DNA from: the human T2T-CHM13v2.0 reference genome, Homo sapiens | Reading direction: 5' to 3' (one strand) | Assembly: GCF_009914755.1 (NCBI RefSeq) | Contig: NC_060930.1 | Length of the DNA: 64,000 nucleotides | Part shown: positions 1-16,869 of the stretch, piece by piece | Position numbering within the stretch: position 1 is the first letter of the stretch | How the letters are laid out: each line of letters begins with the position of its first letter | The notes under the pieces: model-generated | The model's database searches: none | Told to the model about the DNA's origin: nothing | What the model saw: only the letters and a program-made list of their open reading frames with translations | Program-made: the position numbers and the translations under genes

Positions 1-2647
<2,647 letters not shown>

Positions 2648-5600
2648 TAGCATTCCTCCAAATTCTTGTGGTTAAATAAAAACAACATGGCACTTTTCCC
2701 TGGTTCTTTTACTATTTCTATTACTTCCTTTAATTGAGCCTATGAGAGCATCTATGTCTGTCTACATAAAATGCATTTAGAGGCCATTCTCTTACATTAC
2801 GGAAAAAAATGATGGCAGTAGAGGCAAAGATCAGTATTTTAATTATCTAGAATATTGGGAAAGAAGAGTCATGTGGGTAAAGAAAATCTTTAATAGAAAT
2901 GTGTTTTTATAACTTGTCAAACTATTTTGTTTATTTTTGTATTTTGACAGATGTGACAATGAATGGTTTTAAGTTTTATTCATCTATTAGTCTGTCTTTT
3001 CCAGCTTTTTCCTAAGAAGAAATGTCCAAAAATTAAATGTGTTGAAATATCCAAAACCAAATAGAGCAGAAACAAATGAAAAGGAAAAAGTAACCTCCAT
3101 AATCCACTTACTTGTATGGACCCCTTCAATAGGAATAGTTTACACTTCAGTAAATTACTCATCAGGCCCACTGCCGCCTGCGATTTTTCAGAATCAGGTC
3201 ATATGAGCTGGTCCTTTTCAGGAAAATCTGAAGGATGAAAACACACTGCAAATATAATAGCTAGTCAGCCACAAGGATGATCCTTTCCAGGTAGAAATTA
3301 CTTATTTGGCAAATCCACACATGCTGCGTGCTACCAAGGTGGCAGAAGTAGGATGTCCTGCATATTGTTTCTGGCTTCATTTCAGTGACAAATAAAGTGG
3401 TTCTCAGCCTTTATAGGATTTCATGGAAGGAATCAGATGAAAGGGTTCCTTCCTAGTTAGGGTTCTGGCCCTGTCTTATATCAGCTTTCTGGACAGGTTT
3501 CTCTTGATTTATCTTATTCAGAGGACTGTTTGAAGATTTTATGGTGTGTACCTCTTCTTGCTTCAATCTCTCAATATGAGTATTTTCTTTATCTTACTTC
3601 AGGTGTTAAATTGGTAATTAATTTTCAATTGACCTTACAGACATAATGTTTGACATAGAAATGGACTCAACTAAATATTGATTTTTAATGATTTCACGAA
3701 TTATTAGAAATCACATAAAGGAATAATCCCTCCTCTTATTCTGAATCAATAAAACCTTTGTTGACAGCTGCTTCATAGCCTCGATTGAGAATCACTGGCC
3801 TGTTTACACTGGCTGGATCTATGAAGAGTCTTACCCTGGGTTTGAAGGGAGGGAGGTAACTTGGGCTATATCCTAGATCTTTTGAAGAGAAAAGGATGCA
3901 TTTCTCAAAAAACTAGAGGAATTGATATAGGACTTGAGCTTTATAAATTGGGATGGTAGGAAGAAAATAATTTAGGTTATACATTATATCACCAAAAAAT
4001 ATTTTGCTCCTACTTATCCCAATTGGAGAGTTTTTTTTTTTAGTGGGTTGAAGATCATTCATTTATAGTTTCCTCATTTTCAAAATTTGACACCTTAGCC
4101 TTAAGATAATATGAACACATAAGAATTAAATATTTAAAAAGTGATAAAGCTAGAATTTGACCCTAGATGATGAAATGTAAGAGCTGCTGTCATGCATATA
4201 CTTGTTTTAAGCATATACCAGTCATAATCTGCTCCAGTATTTACATTTACCCAAATGTATCCATTTTTTAAATTTAAATTAATTCTTGTGATATTTCTTG
4301 GTAAAACACAGAAACGAGTGAGAAAAAAGGTAAATAAGTCTAATTTTTAAGAAACAAGATAAACATTAACATTTTCTATTTTCTTTTAGTCTCTAGTCTA
4401 CATTCTATATGTAGTTAAAATAACATAATTTTCTAACATGCATTGTTAATAAACATGATTTCAAAAACATTTGTATATTACTGAAAACCTACATAAAATA
4501 ACTTCTATGTTAATAAGATATTCTGCTTACCTAAAACAGTATCAATACATGTTCATCAAAAAATACAAAACACAATAAACAGCAAAACTAATGTGGCACT
4601 TACATTGTGCCAGGTAGAATAATAAGAGTTTCACTTGTGTTAGCTAAACTGTAATAAAAACTCTAAGCTTTTAGCTACTGTAACGTAATATTTCTAGATA
4701 GTATAAATACATGAATTTATAACAAGTTAAAAGCTTTCACTTCCCAGAAATAAATTCTCTTGTTTATATCAGGTATAGTATTCAATATAGTATATCTATA
4801 TATGTATACATATATATATAGAGAGAGAGATGAAATAAATGGATTTAATTAACTCCCATTTGTTGATGTATAGGTAGTTTCTATTATATAATGAATGCTG
4901 TGATGAAAAAACTTGTGGCTTAACATATTTCTGATTTCATATTTGTGTCTGTGTCTCTCAATGTGGGATGTGCATTTGAGGAAATACAAGGGTGTGCCAA
5001 GATGCTCTCAGAGACATGGAATACACATGTTACATTTTTGTGAAGTTTAACTTACTCAAAGGTCTAGTTAAAAATGCTGAATTTTTTAAAACGTATCTAT
5101 TCAACTCAAAAAGTTTTTACTGAGTGCCTATTATATCCCAAGAAGTTTTTAGAAGTCAAGTGAACCAGACATATTTTATGCATCCCTCAAACTCTCTTGG
5201 CTTCAAGTGACTCCTGAGTTTCCTTCTTACTTTTTTTTTCTGTTATATGCCATCTATTCTATGTAATTATAGTCTGAAATAATTTGACATTTCTTTCCAA
5301 ATGCATACAAAGAAAATAAATTTAATACCTTTATATTATTGTTTGCAATCTCGTATTATAAGGTAAAAATTCTAGAAAGAAAGGCACAATGTGCTATTAA
5401 GAAATAGGAAATCTGTCTAGCAGGAAATAACAGCTGTGTTAAACCTAGAGCACAATCAGAGAGAATAGGGTATGTCACTCCTTCTGTAATGTCACACAGT
5501 GAGAGGCGCTGGTCAGCTGCATTAAACATGCTACAATGTTAGATTCATCTGTACATCTAAAGAGGTCAAAGCAGCTATCTTCATAAATTGTTGAAATTGT

Positions 5601-5819
5601 CACTGTGCAAACAGTATTTTTAAAAATTCGATTACAGAAAATTAAATGGTGATACTCCTGAATGCATTTAAATCATGTCACAGTTATACTTAATCAAATG
5701 TTATTTACAAACACCATTAAATGATGTTTCATTCCGTTTCTCAACTCAGCGAGTTCTCAGATATAAAATTACAAAATTTTCTAGTTTGTGTTTTTGATAC
5801 TATTCTAATTAGTTTCTAC

Positions 5820-5936
5820 ATTTTTAACTGAGGTATAAAATACATACAATAATGAGAACACATAAGTGTAGAGCTCAACATTTCAAAAACTGAAAACAAA
5901 CATATAATGGGCATTCATATCACGAAACAGAACGTT
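5820..5936 (-). mobile_element. Old L1M (L1ME-like) 3' end fragment
   Basis: ttttaactgaggtataaaatacatacaata...aagtgtagagctcaa resembles L1ME 3' terminus reverse complement. Confidence 0.5.
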
Positions 5937-6513
5937 CTTCAATTTGAACTCAAGCAAAAGTGCCCCATGCCTACAAAATCCTTCCTTGTCATGAATCTAT
6001 AAAAAAACCATTCCCAGGGTTCAGAGAGGAAATAGCTGCCTATGCTTCAAGGGCTCCACATTCTGGCATTTTGGACTGTCAGGTCCAAGTTATTTTTCAG
6101 TCCTCTGATGCTTATTAAAATATATTTACCTAGGAATTTTCTAGTTGTTGGCATTGGGACTGTTAGCATGTGGTAAACTGCTGTATTCTATTTGGTGTAA
6201 TAAACTCTCATTCTTCATTGTCTTTAAAGACAGCACTCCAATTACAACTTACTGTTTTATAATAAGGAGCTGGCAAAATCAATCTAACAGTTGTCAGATA
6301 GTCAAATATTGGCTTCATTACTGGGTAACTGGAGTGAGACTAGATAAACGTTGTATATCTTTGGAAATAAAAGTGTAAGAAATAACTGCATGAGTCTACT
6401 ACATTATATAGATGTTTAAAATAAAATCAGGAATATTTCAAAGAAAAATAATTTTAATTGATAAATATTTTGGCTTAAGTATAAGTACAAAATCCCCAAT
6501 AAAAAGGGGAACA

Positions 6514-7719
6514 TTCTATAGGCTGTCTGTTTACTCTGTTGATAGTTTCTTTTACTTTGCAAAAGTTCTTTAGTTTAATTAGGGCCCTCTTGTCAATTTT
6601 TGCTTTTGTTGCAATTGCTTTTGAGGACTTACTCATAAATTCTTTGCCAAGAATAATATCAAGAAGGGTACTTCCTAGATATTCCTCTGGATTTTTATAG
6701 TTTGAGATCTTACATTTAAATCTATCATCTATCTTGTGTTAATTTTTGTGTGTGGTGAAAGGTAAGGGTCTATTTTTATTCTTCTGCATAGGTCTGGCTA
6801 GTTATTCCAGCACCATTTATTCAAAAATTATGCATCTGACAAAGGTCTAATATCCAGAATCTGTAAGAAACTTAAATCAACAAGCAAAACACAAATAACC
6901 ACATTAAAAAATGGGCTAAGGGCATGAACAGGCACTTCTCAAAAGAAGACATACAAGTGGCCACAAAAATATGACAAAAAAATGCTCATAATTACTGGTC
7001 ATCAGAGAAATGCAAATCAAAACCAACCACAAGGAGATACCATCTCACACCAGTCAGAATAGTTATTATTAAAACATCCAAAAGCAACAGTTGCTGGTGA
7101 GGATGCAGAGAAAATGGAATGCTTATACACTGTTGGTGGGAATGTAAATTAGTTCAGCGACTATGGAAAGTGGTTTGGAGATTTCTCAAAGACCTTAAAA
7201 CAGAACTGCCATTCAATACAGCAATCCTATTACTGGGTATGTACCCAAAGGAAAATAGATCATTATGCCAAAAAGATACATGCACTCATGTCTTACATGA
7301 TCACAGCATTATTCATAATAGCAAAGACATGGAATCAACCTAAGTGTTGATCAGTGGTGGGATGGATACAGAAAATATACACCAAGGAGTACTACATGGC
7401 TATAAAAAAAAGAATAAAATCATGTCCTTTGCAGTGACATGGATGGAACTGGAGGCCATAATCCCAAGCAAATTAACACAGGAACAGAAAATCAAATGCT
7501 CTCACTTACAAGTGGGAATGAAACATTGAGCACCCATGGGTATAAACATGGGAACAGTGGACACTGGGACTTCTAGTGGGTGGGAGGCAGAGAGAGAGCA
7601 GATGGGTCAAAAAAACTACCTATTTGGCATTACGCTCACTACCTGGTTGCAATACACCCATCTAATAAACCTGCATATATACACCTGGCATCTAAAATTA
7701 AGTTGAAATTTAAAAAGTA
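6514..7719 (+). mobile_element. 5'-inverted L1PA15/16-like element (inverted part 6514-~6822, sense part ~6823-7719)
   Basis: Minus-strand ORF2 piece joined to plus-strand ORF2 end, 3'UTR and A-rich tail. Degenerate TSD aataaaaaggggaaca (6498-6513) / aataaaaagggtagca (7720-7735). Confidence 0.9.
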
Positions 7720-8388
7720 AATAAAAAGGGTAGCAAAAAAGGCAAATGCATGAATTTCTCTCTCTTTCCAATTACTGTATATAGACAGGCTTCCATGATA
7801 GGTGAACATATTAGGGGAATCCATATAGTAAGTGTGTTCAAGCTGTTTTGAACTAAGAAGTAAAATTACGCTGAAAAATAAAATATATGCACCTAAAAAA
7901 CAGATTTTAGTCATCAAAAAATCTGTGTTTGAACATCTAGTTGAAAGAATTACAATAATTTGTATTCTCAGTGTGTAGCTGGATGATAGAGAAGATGCTA
8001 ATATTTTGGGAAATTAATTAGTTTTATCTTCTAAATGTATACTTATGTTTGTAAGCACTCAGTGATACTTTTATTTAAAAAATGGCTTTTGTAAGCAAGA
8101 CACTGATTAGCAAAACATAAGAAGTATAAAAATTCAAAGATTTTTCAAGCACAGCATTAGCAGTTAATTTTGGAATTAAAGCGTTATCTACAACATGCAA
8201 GAATATTGTATTGAATAGATAAGTTTTTGATCAGAATTTAAAAATCAGAATGTGTGTGTTGTGTGTGTTGTATGTTATATTATAGATCATTTGGTGATTC
8301 TTTAGAGCTTATTGTACCTCCTAACAAGCTAAAGTAGCATTTGGTTTAGCTTGATATGTCTCTGTTTTTTTTTTTTTTTTCTTAAGAA

Positions 8389-8522
8389 GATAGCATTAGG
8401 AGAAATACCTAATGTAAATGACGAGTTGATGGGTGCAGCAAACCAACATGGCACATGCATACCTATGTAACAAACCTGCACGTAGTGCACATGTACCCTA
8501 GAACTTAAAGTATAAAAAAAAA
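8389..8522 (+). mobile_element. Severely 5'-truncated L1PA (L1PA4/5-like) 3' end
   Basis: gatagcattaggagaaatacctaatgtaaatgacgagttgatggg...gaacttaaagtat + poly(A); preceded by TT|AAGAA endonuclease-type site. Confidence 0.9.
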
Positions 8523-9637
8523 GAATATCACAGATATGAGTAAAAATAAGAAACTGAGGCCAGACATGTTTGATTGATTTACCATGGAAACCTGCAAATA
8601 AACTCTCTAAAGAGAATAAATTCTATCCAAAACATAGGATAGGGTAATGGGGGGAGGGTATCATTTGGATGTAAGAAAGACTTTGGGATCTTGCAAAAGA
8701 GATCATGTTTGGGGAAGAGTTGTGCTATATTTAAAAGGAATAATAAAAATAGAATTGTTGTTCATTTTCCTGAGAATACTGACAGGAATTCTCTGGTTCT
8801 TTGTGAAAGGGAATATTTTAAAAATGGCTTTTCATTTAATTTTTTGTTCCAGAGTACTGTGAAAATACTAGTGGCACCTACTGCTAAAATTCTTAAAACA
8901 GCAAATATCACACTTTTTTTTCATGGCAGCCAGAGTTTTATACAAAAGTAAACAACTCAACGAATCAAACCTGATGGGCTTTGGAACACACTTGCAAAGT
9001 CAGAGCCATTCATCAGAGACTGCTTTGTGATCAGAATCAGAAACTATTAGGGACTTACTAGAAAAACAGAGTTAGGCAGGACCATATGCTTTCTCTAAAA
9101 TGAGAAAAATCAATTTTCAAAAAATATTCCCCATGAAATTACAAACTATAGATCAATTTTATTCACATTCATAAACACTTCAATTCTTAAGATGTTAAGA
9201 GTACTTTCTAGATGAAGATATTAAGCAGTTGTCAAATAAGCTTTTATAAGTAAAATCATTGCCCTGCTACCCTGGCTGAAGTGAGTCATTGAAGGTTTGG
9301 CTATCAGAAACAAGTATTTAAAATTTCTGGAACCACTGATATGGATTCTTTGCCACTAGGATCTGGAGAAACCAACTGGAATATTATGCTTATGTCAGAA
9401 AAAAAGTGGATTTGGGTTCTTGTTCTAAAAGATAAGAAAACATTTCATGTATGGATTGGGACAATCATATAGAAGGCTGATGGTATTAGTTATTTCTGTA
9501 CTATCAAAACCAAAACTTATGTTTGTGTTTTGATTGTGGGCTGAATCACTGCTGTAGAAAGTACATAAAGCTGGTTGGAGTGTTTCTCAGAAAATTATAT
9601 TGAGTTTAGGAAAACATTCTAGAAGAAAAACAGAAAT

Positions 9638-9919
9638 GAGTTGGGTGTGGTGGCTCACGCCTCTAATCCCAGCACTTTGGGAGGCTGAAGCGGGTGGATC
9701 ACCTGAGGTCAGGAACTCTAGACTGGCCTCACCAATATGGTGAAACCCTGTCTCTACTGAAAATGCAAAAATTAGCTGGGCATGGTGGCACATGCCTGTA
9801 ATTCCAGCTACTCAGGCGGCTGAGACAGGAGAATGGCTTGAACCCAGGAGGCGGAGGTTGTGGTGAGCAGAGATTGTGCCAGTGCACTCCATCCTGGTGA
9901 CAGGGCGAAACTCTATCTC

Positions 9920-9951
<32 letters not shown>

Positions 9952-9967
9952 AAGAAAGAAAAAGAAA
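9638..9967 (+). mobile_element. AluS (Sx-like)
   Basis: Full dimeric Alu with cacctgaggtcagg and an A-rich tail. Confidence 0.95.
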
Positions 9968-10467
9968 ATTGTCACATAATTCAGAATGATATATAATTCA
10001 GATTTGAAGGAATTCAGTAGTCCACCAACAAGGATATTAGAATGAGTCTTGGCACACCAAAAGCCCTACAAGGTCAGCAGGGTGGAGGAGGCCACTGAAG
10101 ACATAACTGTGTACCCTAATGGTCTTTGGTTACCTAGAGCCTGGGATGTTAATGTTAACATAGGCATTGGACCAATGTAAGGTGGATATTAATAACTGAG
10201 AAGATAAAATAACACCAGAATATTTGAAGAACTATAGCTCTAATGGAATTGCCCACTAAAAATTTTATTGAAGAGAAGAAGGAGTGCTTTTTTTGTGGAT
10301 TTGGATTTCAAATTCACACCACCTGCTTGGTGTGGGTAATTCCAAGCTGAGAAATTAATTGAAAATTGTGTTTTGGCACATGACAGAAGCTAACACAAAT
10401 CCTTTCAAAAAGAATATATCCTCAACATGATGCTCAAAAAATTTCCATATTAAAAAAGCCAGCTTAA

Positions 10468-10764
<297 letters not shown>

Positions 10765-12145
10765 GCCACTTTTGGCTACCATGAAACAGCTTGTATGAGA
10801 CTAAACCCCAGTTGTCTGAAAGTACCAGAGAACATACAAGGTAGCAGGATTTGAGTACAAAGAATCTCAAAGGAAAATGCATGGTAGAGAAAATAACATT
10901 TTCTGCCACTTTTCAACTTTGATGTATTCACTAATTACAATATGGTGCTGCTCCAACTGACTGAGCCAAAAGAGGCACCTCAGCTTCCACTAGCCTCACT
11001 GTCTCACTGTCCTAGAGAGACAAACATTGGAAGGTAGCACTTCTTAGGCAGGCAACAATTGACAAAAGCACTGGGAAAAAGGAAACTTGAGAGAAGAGAG
11101 CTGACATTCTACAGTGCTCTGCCTCTCTCAAAGCACTTGCTGAAGGTTGTAACAAGAGGATAAAAGACTAAGCAGTTAGTCAGTTTTATTGAGCTGGAGA
11201 CACACACAAAAATATCACTTAGGGATCACCAAGAGAGAGGCCTAGTATAAACACTTGGCTTGCAGTTGAGATCCCAGAAAGGCTTTCAGTTGAGATATTC
11301 AATGAGTAATGTATATTATAAATAGATCAGCCCTCACAGAGATGGATACGTGGCCTGATAACTTCAGTCTCTGATTGAAACAAGAAGAATTGCTCCTATT
11401 CTAACTGCCTGGCAAAACAAATGAATCGTTTCTGAAGGAGAATCACATGTAGGTCATCTGCCTTACTTTATATGTAATAGCCAGCATGAAAAAAAAATCA
11501 AGACAGAAATAAATACCTATAAATGAAGACAAAAAGACAAGAGACACAAACCCATATGTGATTCTGATCCTAAAGCGATTCAACATAAAATTATAAGTAA
11601 TTTTGTAAATTATGTTCTAGAGAATAGATGGCAAGTTGGAGAATTTCACCAGAAGCTTAAATCTGTATCTATAAAAAATACAAATTCTGAAACTGAAATA
11701 CAGAATACTTTATGTTAATCATTCAAAATATAGTATTAATATTACCAGATTAGACACAGCAGAGAAGAGGTGGGACTTGAAAATATGGACTAAAGCAAAA
11801 AGTGATTAAAAAATATATGAATTCTAAAGACATGGGGAAAATATTCAAAATATGTATAATTAGAACTACAGATGAGGCAGAGAAAGACTATATGGCAGAA
11901 GCTGTATTTGAGAAATTACTAACCAATGAATTCCCAAGAGTTAAAATATTATGAAGCCACAAAATTAGAAAGTTTTGCAAACCTAAAACAAGTCCAGTGA
12001 AACCCACATCTGGACAAGCAAGGGTAAGATTTTGTAAACCAAATATAAAATTTTATAAACAGCAAAGAAAATGTAATATTAATTTTAAAGATGCAATAAT
12101 AGTTTGATAGCTACAATTTTAACAGAAAAAGTAAAAAATCTTTGA

Positions 12146-12510
12146 TATTTTTTGTTTTTATTGTGATAAAATACATATAAAATTCATCGTTTTAACCATT
12201 TTAAAGTGTACAATTCAGTGGTATTTAGTACATTCACAGCTACCACCACTATTTAGCTCCAGAACATTTTTATCAACCCAAAAGGAAACTCTCTACCCAT
12301 TAAGCAGTCACTTCTTATTTTCCTACACCCTGGCAAACACTTATCTGCTTTCTGTGTCTATGGATTTGCCTATTAGGGATATTTTATAGGACAGAATCAT
12401 ACAATATATGGCCTTTTATGTGTAGTTTCTTTCACTTAGAATAATGTTTCCAAAGTTCGGCCATGTTGTGGCATGTATCAAAGGTTCCTTTTTATGGTCA
12501 AATACTATTC
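12146..12510 (-). mobile_element. L1MB (MB7/8-like) 3' end
   Basis: ttttattgtgataaaatacatataaaattcatcgttttaaccattttaaagtgtacaattcagtgg is a typical L1MB 3' terminus in reverse. Confidence 0.8.
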
Positions 12511-13234
12511 AGTTGGTACTGAAAGTGCAAACAGAAAGTAACTGGCAAGGTATAATTCTATATGCAATAGAATTGTCCTGTAAAAATAAACCAAAAGATT
12601 TTTTTCAAACAAACAGGAACCAAGAGAATTTTTCACAAGCATACTCCCATTAATAGAGATACAGATAAATATTGTCCAGATAAATTTGTGTTCTGCATTG
12701 CATGGGGAAATGCATTTGAAAACTATAAAAAACAAAATAGTAAAACAGATTAATAAATATACATTAATACTTATTGATTAAAATTAATATTATAAATAAT
12801 ATTTTTGGAGTTTAAAATAAACATAAAATTAAATGTCAAAATAACCAAAATGGCATAGAATAGTAAATGCAGTTACAGTGATCTAAGATCTGGTATTTAC
12901 AGAAAAATGGTAAAAGTGATCATTTGTATTAGATTGTGATACATTGAACATACATAATATAATCACTATGATAACCCTTAAAATAATAAAAGGAAATTTT
13001 TAAATAGAAAATTAACATGGAGAAAAGAGAGAATATGAAAAAGTACTTGCTTAATCTAAAAGCAAACAAGAAAGGGAACAAGGCTAAGTGAATGAATGAA
13101 TGAATGAATAGATTAAAGGAATAGAAAAAAGGGGCAAATATAAATAGTAAATGATAAAATTGAAAACAAATATTATATTTTAAAAATTTGAATATATACA
13201 GAAACCAAGTCATCTTATTAAAAAATGATAGTTG

Positions 13235-13612
<378 letters not shown>

Positions 13613-14245
13613 TTAAATAGGATAGAGAAATACTGAAAATAAAAGGATACAAAAAGTATACCATAAAAACACTAACCAATAGAACATGAAAGTCACTATC
13701 CATATTAATATCCAAGTCCATATTTAGTAAAATGGACTATTACACATTTCATAATAGACATCTCATAGGAATCCACTAGGAAGGTGTAACATAGATTCAG
13801 AAGAGATGAATAAAAACATATCAAATATTAAAGAAGAAATAGCAATTCCACATTCATGGTAGAAGAATTTAAACTACTGTCTTACTAGCTCAAAGTAAAG
13901 GACAAATAAAAAGCAAGAACACAGACTACCCCCCAAAAAACAAAAAAATAAATATTTTGACTATGGTGATTAACAAATTCAAATATGTATGTATATGAAT
14001 GCTTATGTATATGTATGTATAGATTTAGTAAATGTAAAGAGACTACTCCAATGAAAAAATATAGATACATATTTTGTATGTATATCTAGAATAATCAGTA
14101 GATACGTGTAGAGGTAGGTAGATATAGATAGATATCACTGTTCATAAACATACATATAGATTATGTAGATTTTTTCAGAGACCAAGAGAATTTGGTTTCT
14201 GTGCATGCATTTGCTTTCTGTGCATATGTATACATGCATAGACAT

Positions 14246-14842
14246 TGCGGAGGAAAAGTTAAATATTAAAATTGAACTCAATTGAACGTGGACACAAACA
14301 ATGGTCACCAAGTCCCAGAACAGGTTGTGTGAGCCCCTTGAGGTGTTCATCCAGTGCCGTTTTGGAGAAATCTCTATTTCAATCTATTCCTATACATTAG
14401 TTATTGAAAAACAATAGACACTTACAAAAACAAGTTGACCTTTTTGTGTTCCTTGAGCCCAGTCGTGAACAGACCTCGTGACTGGGCCTCATGCCAAACA
14501 ACTTGTTACAAAAAGAGCTAGGGTCCCAGACTGCGCTGAAGCTTCATGAGACCTTTCCTCATCTGTGCACGGATGGGTGGCCAACTCTGGAGCCCAGGCT
14601 CTTGCTTCCCAGTCTGGTGGTGAATCCTCCATAGTCTGGTGAGTGTTAAGTATCTTTTCCCTTCTCCCCTTCCCATTGCAATTTGCTTATTGTATCAATC
14701 TGTTTATTATATCATTTTCTTATTGTTATATCATTTGCTTATTATATCTGCATTGCCATTTGCATGGGATAAAGATTGTTTACCCCTAAGGTATTTTGTG
14801 TGTGTCTTTTCTTCTCCCCTCGCACATTTTCCATACAGAACA
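14246..14842 (+). mobile_element. Solo LTR, LTR10C-like (HERV-I group)
   Basis: TG...CA termini, 5-bp TSD GACAT (14241-14245 / 14843-14847), start tgcggaggaaaagttaaatattaaaattgaactcaattgaacgtggacac matches recalled LTR10C. Confidence 0.8.
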
Positions 14843-16442
14843 GACATGTATACATATATATAGGTATAGATAGATATAGGTTCATATATAGATATGGGTA
14901 TCTCCACTCACTGAATTCAATTCTTTACAAGCACACATTTAATATTTATAAAAATTAATCATATGCTTGCCACATAAGCAAGATTAAATCCCAAAGCATT
15001 TAAATAATATAGTGTATGATGTCTGAATATACTAAAAGCTAAAAATAAATAACAGTATGACAACTAGAAAACCCAAAAGTATTTGCACATTACCCAGTAT
15101 AATTATAAACAACCTGTAGGTCAAAGTAGAATGCACAATGGAAATTAGAAAATGAATCCTGCTGAATAACAATACAAATATGGCACAACAGCATATGATG
15201 AGTGCCTCCAAAGCAGTGCTTATAATAAAATTCAGAGTATTAAACACTATAAAAAGAGTGGCTGAAAAAAATGGATTATTTACATGTTTCAAAAGTTGGA
15301 AATAGTATTCACTTAGGATGTTTGACAGACTATTATAGAAAACAAAAGAGCAAGTCCAGTGCAAGTATTGTATTAAGAATGTATTCCCACATGTTATAAT
15401 AATAAAAGAAGCAGAAGCAAAAATTATAGAAAGTCTAAGAAACAAATTATAACAAATTTGACCATATGAACATATATAGACTCCTGCAAGAGTAGGGGTA
15501 TGGGTAGAGATAAGATTTTGGGTTCTAATGGAAGTCACAACAAATTTCAAAGCATTGAAATTATAAAAAGTCTGTTCTCAATTTAGAGAGGAAATATTTT
15601 AAAAATCAATAACCAAAAGAAAACTAGAAAATTTCAAACTACTTGGAAATGAAGCAGTACAATTCTCAACAGTACATGGCTCAAAGGAAAAACAACAATG
15701 GGAATCAGAAAATATTATTTACTTTAGGATATGGAAAATATATCCAAACTTGTAGAATGTTGCTAAAACAGTGCTTAGCTTTACTTAGCCTTAAGTTTCT
15801 ATATTAAAAAATAAGAAAAGCTGAAAATTAGTGATCTCTCACTAATTGGTTCACTAATTATCAAGCTGATAATTATCAAGATGCTAGAACAAAAGGAAAG
15901 CATAAAATATGAAGAAAGTAGATGGAAGTGAAGAGTAAAGATAAAAACAGAAATCAATGAAATAAACAAATGGACAACAGAGAAAACAAGCTAAAATTTA
16001 ATCCTTTAAAGGATTAACAAAATCAATAAATAACTGAAAGCCTAAAAAAAGAATATACAAATAACTGGTTTCAGGATAAAAATGTAATACCAGTACAGAT
16101 ATTATAGAGATTAGAAAGAAAATACAGAAAAATATTATGATCTATTTATACCAATAAATTTGGTTAGATTAAATGGGCACAATTCTTGCAAAACATAATG
16201 TATGGAAACTACACGAAAAGAAAAACACAATCTAAATATTCCAATGGCAGTTAAAGAAATTTAATTTGTGATTTAAACCCTTCCCACCAAGATAACTCCA
16301 GGTCAAGGTGGCTTTTGCTTTTATATCTTACAAATATTTTAGGAAAATTGATATAAATATATAAAGTATTTTAGAGAGTTGAAAAATAAGACTCATTACT
16401 CAACTTTCAGGATTATTTTGGTCTCAAAACCTGGCAAGGGTA

Positions 16443-16758
<316 letters not shown>

Positions 16759-16869
16759 AAAACCTGGCAAGGGTCTTACCAGTGGGGAAAATTATACACC
16801 AAGATCTATTTCACATGCATGCAAAAATGTTAAACAATATGTCAAGAATTTAAGCAACAAGCTTGCTTG

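Noticed and set aside
8365-8522. T16 tract as the inverted poly(A) of the small L1
   Set aside because: The L1 has its own TT|AAGAA site and short aagaa duplication, so the T tract appears independent.
15032-15550. 172-aa hydrophobic minus-strand ORF
   Set aside because: Antisense of A-rich decayed L1; the F/I/L bias is compositional.
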